Shown here in pieces: positions 30,396 to 41,163 of a DNA stretch of 64,000 bases. The position numbers were made by a program, and so were the translations under genes. The first letter of the stretch is position 1. Each line of letters opens with the position of its first letter. Location of the stretch: the NCBI GenBank assembly GCA_963788195.1, contig CAWBGA010000005.1, forward strand, positions 194,701 through 258,700, in the 5' to 3' direction. The notes under the pieces were generated by a model, which saw only the letters and a program-made list of their open reading frames with translations, made no database searches and was not told where the DNA came from. The stretch is from Nitrospirota bacterium. GTDB taxonomy: Bacteria > Nitrospirota > Nitrospiria > Nitrospirales > NS-4.

Positions 30396-32442
30396 GAGGA
30401 TGATTTATTGCCGATGAGGTTTTCGATGATGTCCTTGAGGTTCCCGGTTTTCATGGCCTCTTCCATATAGCCCTTGGCTTCCTCAATACCGGCTTCGGCA
30501 ATCTCGTGCGTAATCGTTCTCGCGGCGATTTTCTCGGCGTGCTTTTCTATTAACGCCCGCGTGCAGTCACGCATGTACCCCGCGGGCGCCCGGTCCAGGC
30601 GAGCGAGGGCGTCGGCGGTCCAGGTAAAACCGGGCTTCGGCTTTTTCAGGCGCCGCAGACGCGTGCACTGAGTTGTTTGGCGGGAAGGCTCCGGAGCCCT
30701 TATTGGCGAAGATCGGTGTGTACTCTTCGCTCGCCGCTTCATCGATGTGGGGCTTGGCGTATTCCAAAGTGATGGTCGTCATGCCCATCTTGCGCGCGGT
30801 CTTCTCGATTTTCGCCTTGCAGCGGCGCCGTTGAAACCCGGCGGGTACCGCGCGAATGGCTTCCTTGGCGTCCTTGGTCCACGTCATGGGGACATCATCG
30901 TAGGCCAGTTCTGTCTCGAGGAGGCCCTCGGTTTTGGCGGCCGCCTCGAACAGGCTTCGATCGATCAACTTGAACCGAGAACCGTCTGCCTTGCAGATGG
31001 GACACACAACCGCCGGCTCGCCTTTCGCCGTATACCCGCAGCCTTCGCACAGATAGTAGTTCTGGTTCATGCGGTCCAGGTATGCCTGCGTGCCGGGGCT
31101 TACGGCCGGTTTCTCTTCCACGATGCCGGCCATCATTCCAGAGAGTGTGGAGCCCACCATATCCCGGGCGACAGCGTCATCTGCCTTCATCGCATTGCGG
31201 TCGATGCCCTGCACGTCTAATGTCTCGCCGAGTTGCTTCATGGCCTCCATCGCGCCCTTCGGCAGGATGTGACCGACGGCGGCATCCACGACGGAATTGG
31301 TAATGATGGTATGGCCTTTCTCGATCGCATAGCGGTGGATCGCCGTCTTGGCGACGCCGCGGGCAAACACCGGGATCTTCTCCATGCGCCGGAGCGCTTC
31401 CTCGGTCCATGAAATTGTGTATTCCGCCTGCTGATCGATCGGAGGCACATACTTCTTGTTCGAAATCATGACGTGACAGTTCACAAGCCGCAGCAGGTTC
31501 TCGGCGTTCGAGCCGATGTCCATGTCCTCGTCGCTGTGCACGCCGATCCGGCCCAGCACGAGCATCCAGGGCTCCTCGCGACGCACATACTGCAGGACCT
31601 TCTCAAAGGCCTTGCCGTCGAGCAGGGTCGTCTTGATGTCCTGCCCCTCGGCCTGAGCGATCTCGCGCGCGATGTCGAGGTGCGCCTGGTAGATCTTGGC
31701 CAATCCGCTGTCGATGATTTCTTCGTGGAGTTTTTCCTGCTCCTTGAACCGGAAGACCTTGCCGGCTTCTTCGTTCAGCACCCCGGAGATGCTGTGGAAG
31801 GCGGCATAATGGAAATAGGGGTCGAAGGCGGAGATGGCTTCGACAGGCTTGTTCAGGGCTTTCCCGAGCGCGAGCGCGGTCTTGAGGCCTCCGAAAGAAT
31901 AGTGGCTGCCGTCCACAGCGACGACAATTGAGCCCCCGTTCATCGGCAGGGTGTTCTTGATGATCAGCATGTCGGACGCCCGGACGCGCCGGACGACCCG
32001 TTCCGTGACACCGCCGATGACGCTGTCCTTCACCGCTCCTACGCCCGAGCGAGCCCATAATCACGAGGTCATAGGCGTTGGTGTTGATGTCCTCGACAAG
32101 GACCTTAAAGTTCCGTCCTTCAAGGGATTTCCGCTCGACGGGCAGGTTCGCCTGGGCCGCCTTCTGGTCAATGATGTCCAGGTACGAGTCCGTGATGATC
32201 TGAAGACCGCGGGTAATCAACGAATCATGGATCTGCCGTTGCCGCTCCAGCTCGTTTTCATCATGGTATTCTTCGGGGAGACCTGCCTCCATCTGCTTAA
32301 AGCGCTTGTCATGCATCTTGGCTGCATAAACGTGACTGCCGATGAGCTTCGACCCAAAGGTTTTCGCAAGTGAAACGCCGACATCTAAGGCCATGTTGGA
32401 ATAGTCGGAGTTATCTACCGGGACATAGATCGTTTTGTACAT
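30392..32442 (-). CDS. Multidomain protein: 2x universal stress protein domain, PCP_red-like repeats and a rubredoxin-like site (frameshifts near 32047 and 30700)
   Basis: IYVPVDNS...DLVIMG and IVVAVDGS...LVLG..G....IGS.AE USP motifs; three W.xEA..R...P repeats; CEGCGY...CPIC. Confidence 0.8.
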
Positions 32443-32543
32443 AACTTCTCCCAGCTCGTATGAAACAACTCCGCGCTAATTGGCAGGAAAGAGTCGGTAT
32501 CCTAGCATCGGGTTTTCAAGAAATGCAAGAATTTTGATTGCTT

Positions 32544-34104
32544 TTACGTTTTGCGTGAACTCAGTATTTCTTCTAGGTTTAGCAGGACATCGCGCCCGGA
32601 ATTTAACTCCACGCCGCGTAACAAACTGCTGTCGGCATACTCGTCGGACCGCGTGCGGGGATCCCGGCTGCCGGTGCGACCACCCGAGGCTCGATTCCAT
32701 GCAGCTAGACAGGCCTTGCCGATGATCTTGCTTAACGGTGCGGGGTTATACAGCATCTTGCGTATGCTGGTAGGGGTGAGCCTCAACGGATTGTAGCCGG
32801 CCGTGAGATACCCTTCTTCCAGCAATCGACCTTCGAGGGCGGTATTAGGTTGGATGCCCAGAAAGAACATCATGGGGTAGACGCGGTCTTCTCCCAGGAT
32901 GGCGGCTACTTTTTTATACGACTCGATGGACTCAGTGAGCGTGGCTTCGGTCTCATCGGGTGCGTTCAGCGAGTAGTTGAGGATCACCTTGCCCCGAAAG
33001 CCCGCGTCCGCGAGATAGCGGCAGCCATCATAGAGCCGGTCCAAGGTAAATCCCATGTGCAGTCCGTTCAAGACCTGCTGCGAGCCGGAGGTAATCGCCA
33101 CCTCGAGATCTCCCACGCCCGATTGCACCATGAGCTTGGCGAACTCTGCGGTGATCAAGGACGTGCGGATATATCCGGACCATTCGAGTTCCAACTTTTC
33201 AGCAATGATCCGTTCCATGATCTCCATGCACTGCGGGTAGGCGACCTTTCCGGTAATGAACTGCGCATCCGTGAACCAGAACCGGCGCGTGCCCCACTGG
33301 CGATAGTGTTGACGCGATGTCGTTGACCACCTGAGCGGCCGGCCGATACCGGACCGACTTTCCTTCGAGGTAGGGATAGAGGCAGAACGCACAATCGTAA
33401 GGACACCCGCGCTTGCTCTGCACCCCGATGCAGTCTGAGGCGTAGGCGGAGTACTGGGGAAAAATTGAAGTGATGTAAGGCAGGTCGACGGTGAAATCAT
33501 TGAGATCGGTGTACGATTGGCCGGTCCCTTTGACCACCCGTCCTTCCTTTCGGGTAATAAATCGTTCGCCGGTGAGGGGCAGTCCCTCTACAATCTTCAG
33601 CACCGCTGTTTCGCCTTCTCCGAGAATGCCAATGGTTCCCTGCGGCAACTTCTCGATCAACTGCTCGGCGAACGCCCCAAAAGCTCCCCCGCCGATCATG
33701 ATCTGCGCGCCGGGACACGTCTTTTCGATCAGCCATGCGTAAGAGAGGTTAGTCCGAATCCCGGCATAATAGAGGTACATCGAGCGGAGCCCGGAAAGTG
33801 ATGCCTTGAATTTTGTCAGCGGATTGGAAGAATAGTAAAAATTGAAGGCTTGCTCCAGCGAGGCATCACCTTCATGGGGAGAGAAAATCTGAATATCGCG
33901 CCAGGAGAAGCACACGAGATCGGGCCGCATGTGCTCCGCCGCTTCGCGAATTGCCCGGCTCCGGTTCTTCAGCGGGATCAGGGAGAGGTCTAAGATCTGC
34001 TGCGTGATATCGGGGTGCCGTTTATGGATGAAGTCCGCAAGATAGGTGCAGCCCAGCGGATAGATTTGCTTGCAGGGCATGAAGATATAAAGAATGCGTT
34101 TCAT
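32544..34104 (-). CDS. Cobalamin-binding radical SAM protein, similar to the cyanobacterial Slr0320-type family (frameshift near 33312)
   Basis: YPLG..YLAD.IH...FSWRDIQI, GEGE, KRGCPYDCAFCLY, FWFTDAQF. Confidence 0.82.
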
Positions 34105-34851
34105 TTCACTGCCACGTGAATGGCGACGATGCCGCCGGTCAGATTGTTATACTCCACTCCGCCGAAACCCGCCTGTCGCATTTCTCGGGCGAGTCCCTCT
34201 TGATCGGGAAAGGTTCGGATTGAAGCCGGCAGGTACTGATAGACTCCCGTGGTATCGCCGGAGACCTTGGTGCCGATCCACGGCAGCAGCGAAAATGAGT
34301 ACCAGTCGTAGAGCCGACGCAGCCAAGGCGTAGATCGGACGTGAGAATTCCAGGCACACCAGCCGGCCGCCCGGCCTGAGAACCCGATGAATCTCGCGCA
34401 GGGCCTTGGGGAGATCGCCGACATTGCGCAAGCAAAAGCCGGTCGTCACGGCATCGAAGGTCTTGTCTAAAGCGCACATACCATCGGCATTGGCCTGCAC
34501 AGAGAGAATGCGGCCTTCGAGTCCCCCGCGCCGCACTTTGTTGAGGCCGACCGCGAGCATTGGATGATTGAGATCGGCTGCGAGAATCCGCGCCTCCGGC
34601 CCGAGCCGCCGCGCCGCAAGCAGCGCCAAATCCCCTGTGCCGGATCCGACGTCCAGTACGTGTTGGCTCCCGAGCGGCACCAAAGCTATCGCCTGCTGTT
34701 TCCATCCGTAATGCAGGCCAAAGCTTAAGAGCGAGTTATTGAGATCGTAATAGCGGGCGATGGAGGAGAACATCCTCTGCACCACCTGCTCCTTCTGGAG
34801 GCCGGTGCCCGCCGGCGGTGCGGTTTGAGCCTGTTGTTCCAAGGTCGCCAT
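34101..34851 (-). CDS. ubiE: UbiE/MenG family quinone C-methyltransferase (frameshift near 34330)
   Basis: MFSSIA..YDL.N..LSFG.H..WK, LDVGSGTGD, LRNV, RVLRPGG, YQYL..SI..FP. Confidence 0.92.
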
Positions 34852-34942
34852 AGAGAAGTCATCGTAGCACCCGCTCAAGACGCACGGCAAGCGCGTGAAA
34901 AGCCCTTGCGCCTGACACTGGAAGTGAGGGCTGCCAGTGCTC

Positions 34943-34972
34943 TAGACATTTGTACATACATTCGTATATACT
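34943..34972 (+). promoter_or_regulatory. brnTA promoter with palindromic operator
   Basis: TAGACA-N18-TATACT; inverted repeat GTACATAC-ATTC-GTATATAC (34952-71) overlapping the -10. Confidence 0.6.
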
Positions 34973-34981
34973 GACAGCTAA

Positions 34982-35267
34982 ATGGACTTTGAGTGGGATG
35001 AAGCAAAGAACCAGCAGAACATCGCCAAGCACGGCATTGATTTTGAGAACGCCAAGCACATTTTCGATAAGCCGGTTCTCCTTCGTCTTGATGACCGACG
35101 GAATTACGGTGAGAACCGTTTCATCGCAACCGGTGCAATGAAGGAATATTGTGGTGGTGATGGCGTTTACTTTACGGGAACAGCGTATGCGGATTATTTC
35201 AGTGAGGAAGGGGAATAAACATGAGCGCAAAATCTACCAAGACCAAATCGCCTCGCGGCAAAACTGA
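34982..35267 (+). CDS. brnT: BrnT family toxin (frameshift near 35146)
   Basis: FEWDEAKN..N..KHGIDF, YGE.RF...G; shifted frame gives RIISVRK...ER..Y. Confidence 0.88.
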
Positions 35268-35511
35268 TTGGGAACGCTTGAGGCAGATGTCAGATCGCGA
35301 TATTGACTACAGCGATATCCCAGAGACTGATGAAAAATTCTGGGCCAATGCCGCAGTTCTGATGCCTCAACCCAAAACCCATCTCTCTGTTCGTTTGGAC
35401 GAGGATGTCGTGGACTGGTTCAAACGCCAGGGGCCCGGCTATCAGACCCGAATGAACGCCGTGTTGCGGTCGTATGTCCAGGCAGTTTCAAAGGTTAGAG
35501 GGAGGCGGTAA
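35221..35511 (+). CDS. brnA: BrnA family antitoxin
   Basis: TDW.RL, IDYSDIPE, S.RLD.DV..WFK.QG.GYQTRMNAVLR.Y. Confidence 0.92.
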   Translation: MSAKSTKTKSPRGKTDWERLRQMSDRDIDYSDIPETDEKFWANAAVLMPQPKTHLSVRLDEDVVDWFKRQGPGYQTRMNAVLRSYVQAVSKVRGRR

Positions 35512-35520
35512 GGACCCTCG

Positions 35521-35540
35521 AGAAAATCGAGTCTGACCCT
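35521..35540. repeat. Solo REP-like half-site
   Basis: AGAAAATCGAGTCTGACCCT is 19/20 identical to 51641-51660 and similar to 17404-17420. Confidence 0.7.
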
Positions 35541-35698
35541 AATTCCTCTCACGTTCAAGGCGGTTGCTTGTGTATTGACCAATAGGAGTTATCTTCAAAT
35601 ATCGTCCATCACGATTAGGATTCGACGAGGTTAAACGGAGGGCCACTATTGACGCTCGGATGGCCTTCGAATATTGTCTCCGGATTGACGGGGGTGGC

Positions 35699-36047
35699 AT
35701 GGGCGCTCTGAATCCGCAGTTCATCAGCACCGCGAATGAAATCCCTGGTCATCGGCTGACCAAGAACCTTGGCGTAGTGCGGGGCATCGTCGTCCGCTCG
35801 CGGAGCCTGATCGGCACTATCGGAGCGAGCCTACAGACCATTTTCGGCGGGCAACATTACCCTCTATACGAGTCTGTGCGAACAGGCGCGCGAGGACGCG
35901 TTCAATTTAATGGTTGAGCAGGCAGTTCAGCGAGGCGCGAACGCCATAGTTGCGATGCGCTATGACGCGAACGAAATCGGGCCTGGAATCACCGAGGTGT
36001 TGGCGTATGGCACCGCCGTCGTGGTGCAGCCTATTAGGGCAGAGTAA
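35699..36047 (+). CDS. YbjQ/UPF0145 family protein (frameshift near 35850)
   Basis: LGVVRG..VRSR...GANAIV.MRYD..EI....[10 protein letters not shown]. Confidence 0.88.
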
Positions 36048-36111
36048 TTCTTTTCTTGCCCGTCATCGCGGCGATTTTGGAATAAACTTGGCGGGTTCCA
36101 GCGTGCCGAGG

Positions 36112-36627
36112 TTAGTCCGCTGTCTTCGGCGCTGGCCGTTCATCGGATTCACTGCGGCCTCCCGCAACAGGCAAAAACTCCACTTCTTTGCACTTCGATA
36201 AATCAATGCTTGTGGCAGCCCCCTTACTTTTGAATCCCGCCAACCCGAGTTTCGACGAACCCGATTTCACCCGTACCAGCGTTTCTGTCTCTTCGGTGCT
36301 ACCCTGGCGAACAATCGTCCCTTTCATGAAGCCCTCGCCATTGACTTGAGCCGTCGGCAATGTCAGCCGCTTGATGTCGGGAAGAGCTAGTTCCTCACTG
36401 ACGCCGTCGGTGACGACTTTAAGTTTTTGGGAATCATCAGTACCAGTGATCCGCGCCCTGAGGATGTCATGTCGTTTGCCATCCGACCTGTCGATGCAAG
36501 AGGCCTTGATGGGCGAGATACCTTTGGATTGGGGTGAGGTTCTGCCATTTGGATACACGGGGTCGGCGATGGGAGCTACTGCGATGCAAGAGAGAAGAGG
36601 AATCAATCGGATGATACAGGTGTGCAT
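36112..36627 (-). CDS. Exported hypothetical protein
   Basis: AAGGAG RBS, signal-like N-terminus, Cys pair. Confidence 0.55.
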   Translation of the reverse strand: MHTCIIRLIPLLSCIAVAPIADPVYPNGRTSPQSKGISPIKASCIDRSDGKRHDILRARITGTDDSQKLKVVTDGVSEELALPDIKRLTLPTAQVNGEGFMKGTIVRQGSTEETETLVRVKSGSSKLGLAGFKSKGAATSIDLSKCKEVEFLPVAGGRSESDERPAPKTAD

Positions 36628-36643
36628 GTCGTCTCCTTGCCTG

Positions 36644-37369
36644 CTAGTGTGATTTAATTTGTTCGACCATGAGTTCCGACACTTCCTGGGCGCGTTCATT
36701 GCCAATCTTAATGACTAGCTCCTTTAGTTGAGTGTACCGTTCGTACGCGTCGAAGTCAGGGTCGAACCTCGCGCAGGGGCTTGTCGGTCGTTTTGTAGGA
36801 GTGCAGTACAGGTCGCTAAGCCACGTGTCGATCGCTTCGGAGACGGCGTTCACATTAACTGCGTACTCATTTAGCGCCTTCTCAACAGGCGATTTGTCCT
36901 TGCTTCCCTCGTCGCGGAACACGAGCGCGAGCGCCTGGGTCTTGGCGTAGGCGTCATACCGCTTCAACTTGATTTGGCTGATCTCATTCATAGATCGCAC
37001 GTATTGATTCTTGTCTATCTCCGGTTCCAGTGTGAGGGGCAAAATTGCGTAGTATTCTTGCCAGATCGAGTTGCTGTATAGGAGGAATTCCGCCAGGCTT
37101 TCCTGCATAAGCTTGGATCGGTTGGCTCTGCTTTCGTACTCCCGTTGAAATTGTGGCACAAGAACAGAGGTAATGAGCGAACCGATCACCAGGAGAAAAA
37201 ATCCATTGCTCAGGTAGCCCAGCACCGTATCAAGGCGCGTCTTCGGCTTCTCAGGCGGTCTTGCCTCCTGGGCTGAGAGCATGGCGTATCGCATTTCAGC
37301 ACGGATTCGCTTCCGCTCTTCCTCCGGCAACGCTAAACCAGGAGTTTCCCCTGGTGGCTCATCAGTCAC
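36644..37369 (-). CDS. Hypothetical protein, single TM followed by helical domain
   Basis: 241 aa ORF with one hydrophobic segment; G-rich RBS. Confidence 0.65.
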   Translation of the reverse strand: MTDEPPGETPGLALPEEERKRIRAEMRYAMLSAQEARPPEKPKTRLDTVLGYLSNGFFLLVIGSLITSVLVPQFQREYESRANRSKLMQESLAEFLLYSNSIWQEYYAILPLTLEPEIDKNQYVRSMNEISQIKLKRYDAYAKTQALALVFRDEGSKDKSPVEKALNEYAVNVNAVSEAIDTWLSDLYCTPTKRPTSPCARFDPDFDAYERYTQLKELVIKIGNERAQEVSELMVEQIKSH

Positions 37370-37522
37370 ATCTTCCCCCTAGCGGATTAATCTGTTCCGT
37401 GTAGCGGTTCCTCGCCTGTTCCCTCGGAAAAATTCAGCATGCTCGCTTCCTTATACGCTTAGCCATTTCCTGTCGTCCACGTATTGAGCGCGGGAGTCCG
37501 GCGGTCGCATTCGTTTTTTTGG

Positions 37523-39103
37523 TCATTCCCATTCGGACACGATAAACCTGAGTTGGCCGGAGATACCTGGAGTTGTCTCGCTTGCAAACTCCACGCTTAA
37601 CTCCACCTTGCCGCCTTTTACCTTCGTGGGGGTCAGCGGTTTCGTTGCTGCAATGAGCTTGTCACTCTGCCAGTCAAAGGTGACTTTCCAGCCTGCTCCA
37701 TCTTCCGTGGGAGGGACCATTTCGATAATCACCGAATCTCGGAACAGATATCCGCCTTCGTAATGACCGTCGGGCCAGAACTTGCGTTCGACTTCATAAT
37801 CCGGGACACGGACTCCTAACGTCATGCTGTAGGCCAGAGAACGGCGCTTTGGATTGACTCGCGCGCGTTTTGATAAGAAGATAGTAGATACATATATGCT
37901 CCGCCTCGCCTTCGTCGCGGTATCCACCAACTCCTTGTGCGTGCGGCAGGCAACGGAATCCTCTTCTGAGATCCGCCGTGTGAGATACCAACGTTTACCT
38001 CGTGGCGAAGCCAGCACCTCGAATTGGTAGAGGGCATTCACTGGCTTGCCCTGAAGTGCTGTCGGTAAACGGACATCTTCGATATCCACCCAGATGTCTG
38101 CCCGCACATCCCCAAAGAGGAAGCGGGTCAGATTTTGGTACGCCTCTTCGCTGTTAACGATCCCAAAGTACCCCGAGTGCGATCGGTACGTATACGCGGT
38201 TGCGCACGGGGCCGACACTTGCCCCTTGGCGTTCACACCCCAGACGGAAGCGTTTTCGATCTTGACCAACCCATCGCCGCCATGACCGGAAAAGGTGCGC
38301 GAGATTCCCCGGGCCACTTCGTAGTCGCCTCGGTTGGTGCCGATCATGCAAAAGAACCGTTCGGAGGGAAAGGACTCTTCAGGTAACCAGTCCACTCGTT
38401 TGGTTTTCTTATACAGAGCTTCCAGGTTGAGGTATTCGGCCATCCGCTTTTGATTGAAATTGTCCATGTCGTTTGCGGTCAGCCAACTGGGGATATTGAT
38501 GCCGGCCATTTCAATACCGTTGTGCGGCGTAGCATAGGTAAATACCTTATCGACACAGCGTCGAGCTTCAGCCTTGCCCAACGCCGGGTTTTGCAGGAAG
38601 GCGCGGCACACCAGGCCTCCCATCGAGTGGGCGATCAAATAGCAGCGGAAATCCTGAGACTTCACATCATTATTCTTGTTCTGGCAAACCAGATCCCGAA
38701 CACGCAGGATCAGTTCGCTCAAGCCCTTTGCAAATTCCTCTATCTTCGGCGTTTTTCCTGCCCCAAGGAGGCCCGAGGCCTGCTCATAGTAGCGATAGAC
38801 GATGATCGCTTGGCGAGGAATGCCGCCGTTCCAGTCGGGATCGCCTTCCCAATCCGCGTCCATGATGTCCAGTCCATTGTCAAAGACATCGGTGTAACCA
38901 AAGTCGGACCCCAAGCGGACCACCGGGGACTCGAATACGAATTTCTGGGGAGGCTTGTTTTTGTCCACAGTGGCACGGTAGACGGTGGACCCAAGGTTGA
39001 ACCCGCAGAACGGATCGGCCGTGGTCTCATCGATTTCTCCTTCACTCATCGCGTACCCGCGCACATAAATGATGGGATGATAAGAAGGATCTGATTCAGA
39101 CAT
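37523..39103 (-). CDS. Alpha/beta hydrolase (PGAP1/lipase-like)
   Basis: PIIYVRG, AHSMGGLV nucleophile elbow, ATPHNG, DGLV, RSHS; GGAGGT RBS. Confidence 0.82.
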   Translation of the reverse strand: MSESDPSYHPIIYVRGYAMSEGEIDETTADPFCGFNLGSTVYRATVDKNKPPQKFVFESPVVRLGSDFGYTDVFDNGLDIMDADWEGDPDWNGGIPRQAIIVYRYYEQASGLLGAGKTPKIEEFAKGLSELILRVRDLVCQNKNNDVKSQDFRCYLIAHSMGGLVCRAFLQNPALGKAEARRCVDKVFTYATPHNGIEMAGINIPSWLTANDMDNFNQKRMAEYLNLEALYKKTKRVDWLPEESFPSERFFCMIGTNRGDYEVARGISRTFSGHGGDGLVKIENASVWGVNAKGQVSAPCATAYTYRSHSGYFGIVNSEEAYQNLTRFLFGDVRADIWVDIEDVRLPTALQGKPVNALYQFEVLASPRGKRWYLTRRISEEDSVACRTHKELVDTATKARRSIYVSTIFLSKRARVNPKRRSLAYSMTLGVRVPDYEVERKFWPDGHYEGGYLFRDSVIIEMVPPTEDGAGWKVTFDWQSDKLIAATKPLTPTKVKGGKVELSVEFASETTPGISGQLRFIVSEWE

Positions 39104-39779
39104 GTTTACCTCCAGCAAGGGTGGGAAGGGTCCGCAACGCTGCATTTTCCAAGATCTGCACGCCAGGTACAGAGGCATGCGCAGCACGAACGAGCGCTGC
39201 CGCTACTTGCGAGGCGTGTACAGGACGCCACCGCGATGGCAAGATCCAACCCAGATGTTTGGCGAGTTCCTCGCCGAAACGCCACTCCTGGCGTTTGCCA
39301 AGCAAAAGGGAGGGGCGAGCAATCGTGAGTGACCGATAGCCAAGTGCTCGCACGGCGTCTTCCAGTTCCCCTTTGACGCGATTGTAAAAGAAGGTGGAGC
39401 GAGGGTTCGCCCCTATGGCGCTAACCAACAGGAAGTGGCTCGCGCCGCGCGAAAGGGCAAGCTTGGCGATAGCAAGCGGGTATTCATAATCCACGCGACG
39501 GAACGCCTCCGGGGAGCCTGCTGCGCGCATAGTTGTGCCTAGGGCGCAGAAGACCCAGTCCACTTGAAACCAATCCTGGTGGTTGTGGAGTTGGTCGAAG
39601 TCTGTTCTACACTCCCGGACGCGCGCTCCTACGTTTTCCGGAGGCAAGGGGTGTCGCACTAGGGCGCGTACCAACGCGACCGTCACATCATTCGACAGCA
39701 CGCGTACGCATTCCCGGCCAACAAGCCCCGTGGCGCCTGCCACGAGCGCGATCCGGTTTGTCTGGGAGTTGATTGCCAA
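39096..39779 (-). CDS. NAD(P)-binding oxidoreductase (YraR/HTATIP2-like)
   Basis: AGATGLVG, FCALGTT...AGS...F..VD, Y.RVKGE.E, RPSLLLG.R. Confidence 0.9.
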   Translation of the reverse strand: MAINSQTNRIALVAGATGLVGRECVRVLSNDVTVALVRALVRHPLPPENVGARVRECRTDFDQLHNHQDWFQVDWVFCALGTTMRAAGSPEAFRRVDYEYPLAIAKLALSRGASHFLLVSAIGANPRSTFFYNRVKGELEDAVRALGYRSLTIARPSLLLGKRQEWRFGEELAKHLGWILPSRWRPVHASQVAAALVRAAHASVPGVQILENAALRTLPTLAGGKHV

Positions 39780-39808
39780 ATGGATAGGTAGCTAAGGGGG
39801 CATGCTAT

Positions 39809-40528
39809 TTAAGGCCGGTCTTGTGTCGTCTTAGACAATCCTGGAGGCTCAACTGCAACTTTTGCCTGCCCGCTGCCGGCTCCATCCGCACTCGCTTGGT
39901 GATCTTGACCGACCGGCGTCGCGGGCAGATTGTCCTGCTTTGATTCTTGTGGCGATGACGCGAAGAAGCGGGTTACAACCTCCCGTATTTTCTGAATAGC
40001 CTGATACCAACCGAAACCGGCTAAAAAGCCGACTGTGAGGTAGCCCAATTGCGAGACCTCAGAATTTGAGCTGGAAGATGCTCCGCCTGAAAAGACCAAC
40101 AGCCCAGTTTGGAGTAAAGCAAAAACAATTAACCCCAACACCGCTGCCAACCAGGGCGCCACGAAGTATCCCCACACATGTGGTTGCTGGAAATCCCGCT
40201 TAACCGCGACGTAACGGTGGAAACTGACAATATCCAACGCGCCCGCACCCAAAATTGAACCGAGGACTGCATATACGGCAAACATGAAGATTGGCGAAAG
40301 AATTTGTTCGGCTGGAAGACCAAGAAGGTGCTTTAACGTTTTCTGCTCGTGCACCCAACAATCAACGACAAGATAGAAGGCAACAGTAATGTAAGAGAGC
40401 GCAAAGGCAACGATGAGCAATTTGACTGCAAATGGTACCTGAGGTCCTGGAACAATCCCGGTTTGTTGGACGGCGCCACTCGTAGCCGTCTTGGTCTCGC
40501 CACGTTGATCGTAAATTGTGGGTTCCAC
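39809..40528 (-). CDS. Hypothetical 4TM membrane protein
   Basis: G..LG...F....WGY...P....LG....GFLAGF pattern. Confidence 0.7.
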   Translation of the reverse strand: MEPTIYDQRGETKTATSGAVQQTGIVPGPQVPFAVKLLIVAFALSYITVAFYLVVDCWVHEQKTLKHLLGLPAEQILSPIFMFAVYAVLGSILGAGALDIVSFHRYVAVKRDFQQPHVWGYFVAPWLAAVLGLIVFALLQTGLLVFSGGASSSSNSEVSQLGYLTVGFLAGFGWYQAIQKIREVVTRFFASSPQESKQDNLPATPVGQDHQASADGAGSGQAKVAVEPPGLSKTTQDRP

Positions 40529-40661
40529 GTCCGCTCTTTTCTTCCGATGTGTACTTCTAGCCGGGTATCTCAGCCCCCGCGCAATGTCTCCATCACGCTG
40601 TCATGCATCAGGACGACGGTGAGAATTCTCTTCGTCTCCTGCGGACTTGTCAATCCGTCCG

Positions 40662-41089
40662 CTACAGCTGACCGGGGATCAGGCCGGCATCTCGCATGAC
40701 CTTCTGTTCATCGTCGTGCGAGATGTAAAAGACAACCTTGGGACCAGTGCCGGTGTCGAACAGGAAATAAGTGATAAAGAACTTGAACTCGAGTGGATTC
40801 CCCGGCTGTTTCTCGAAGATCATGTGCCAGTGAACCTTCGCCATTGTGTATCGCTCATCAAGCTGCGTTTCCGTCACATTTAGGACCTTGGCAGACCTGA
40901 AACCGATCTGTTGAAAGAAGGCATGCCTGTCGGAATGACTTTGCGGAACGCCTCATCATTTTGAACACATGCGACACCGTTGGGATCGCCCCCCATAAAA
41001 CAGTCTGAGAACCGCGAAGTCACGATGTCCGGGTCGAAGGAATTCGCTCCTTCCTCGTAACGAGTAAAGAAGCGTTCAATCTTCGTCAT
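40662..41089 (-). CDS. SnoaL/NTF2-like protein (frameshifted)
   Basis: ORFs 40880-41089 and 40662-40877 join; FF.RY...F...F...A.V.W pattern. Confidence 0.55.
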
Positions 41090-41163
41090 AGCAGATACCT
41101 CCGGAAGCTATCGGCGTATTACAGCGGCGAGCCGTCAAGGCGGGATTTATCGCATACCGCACG

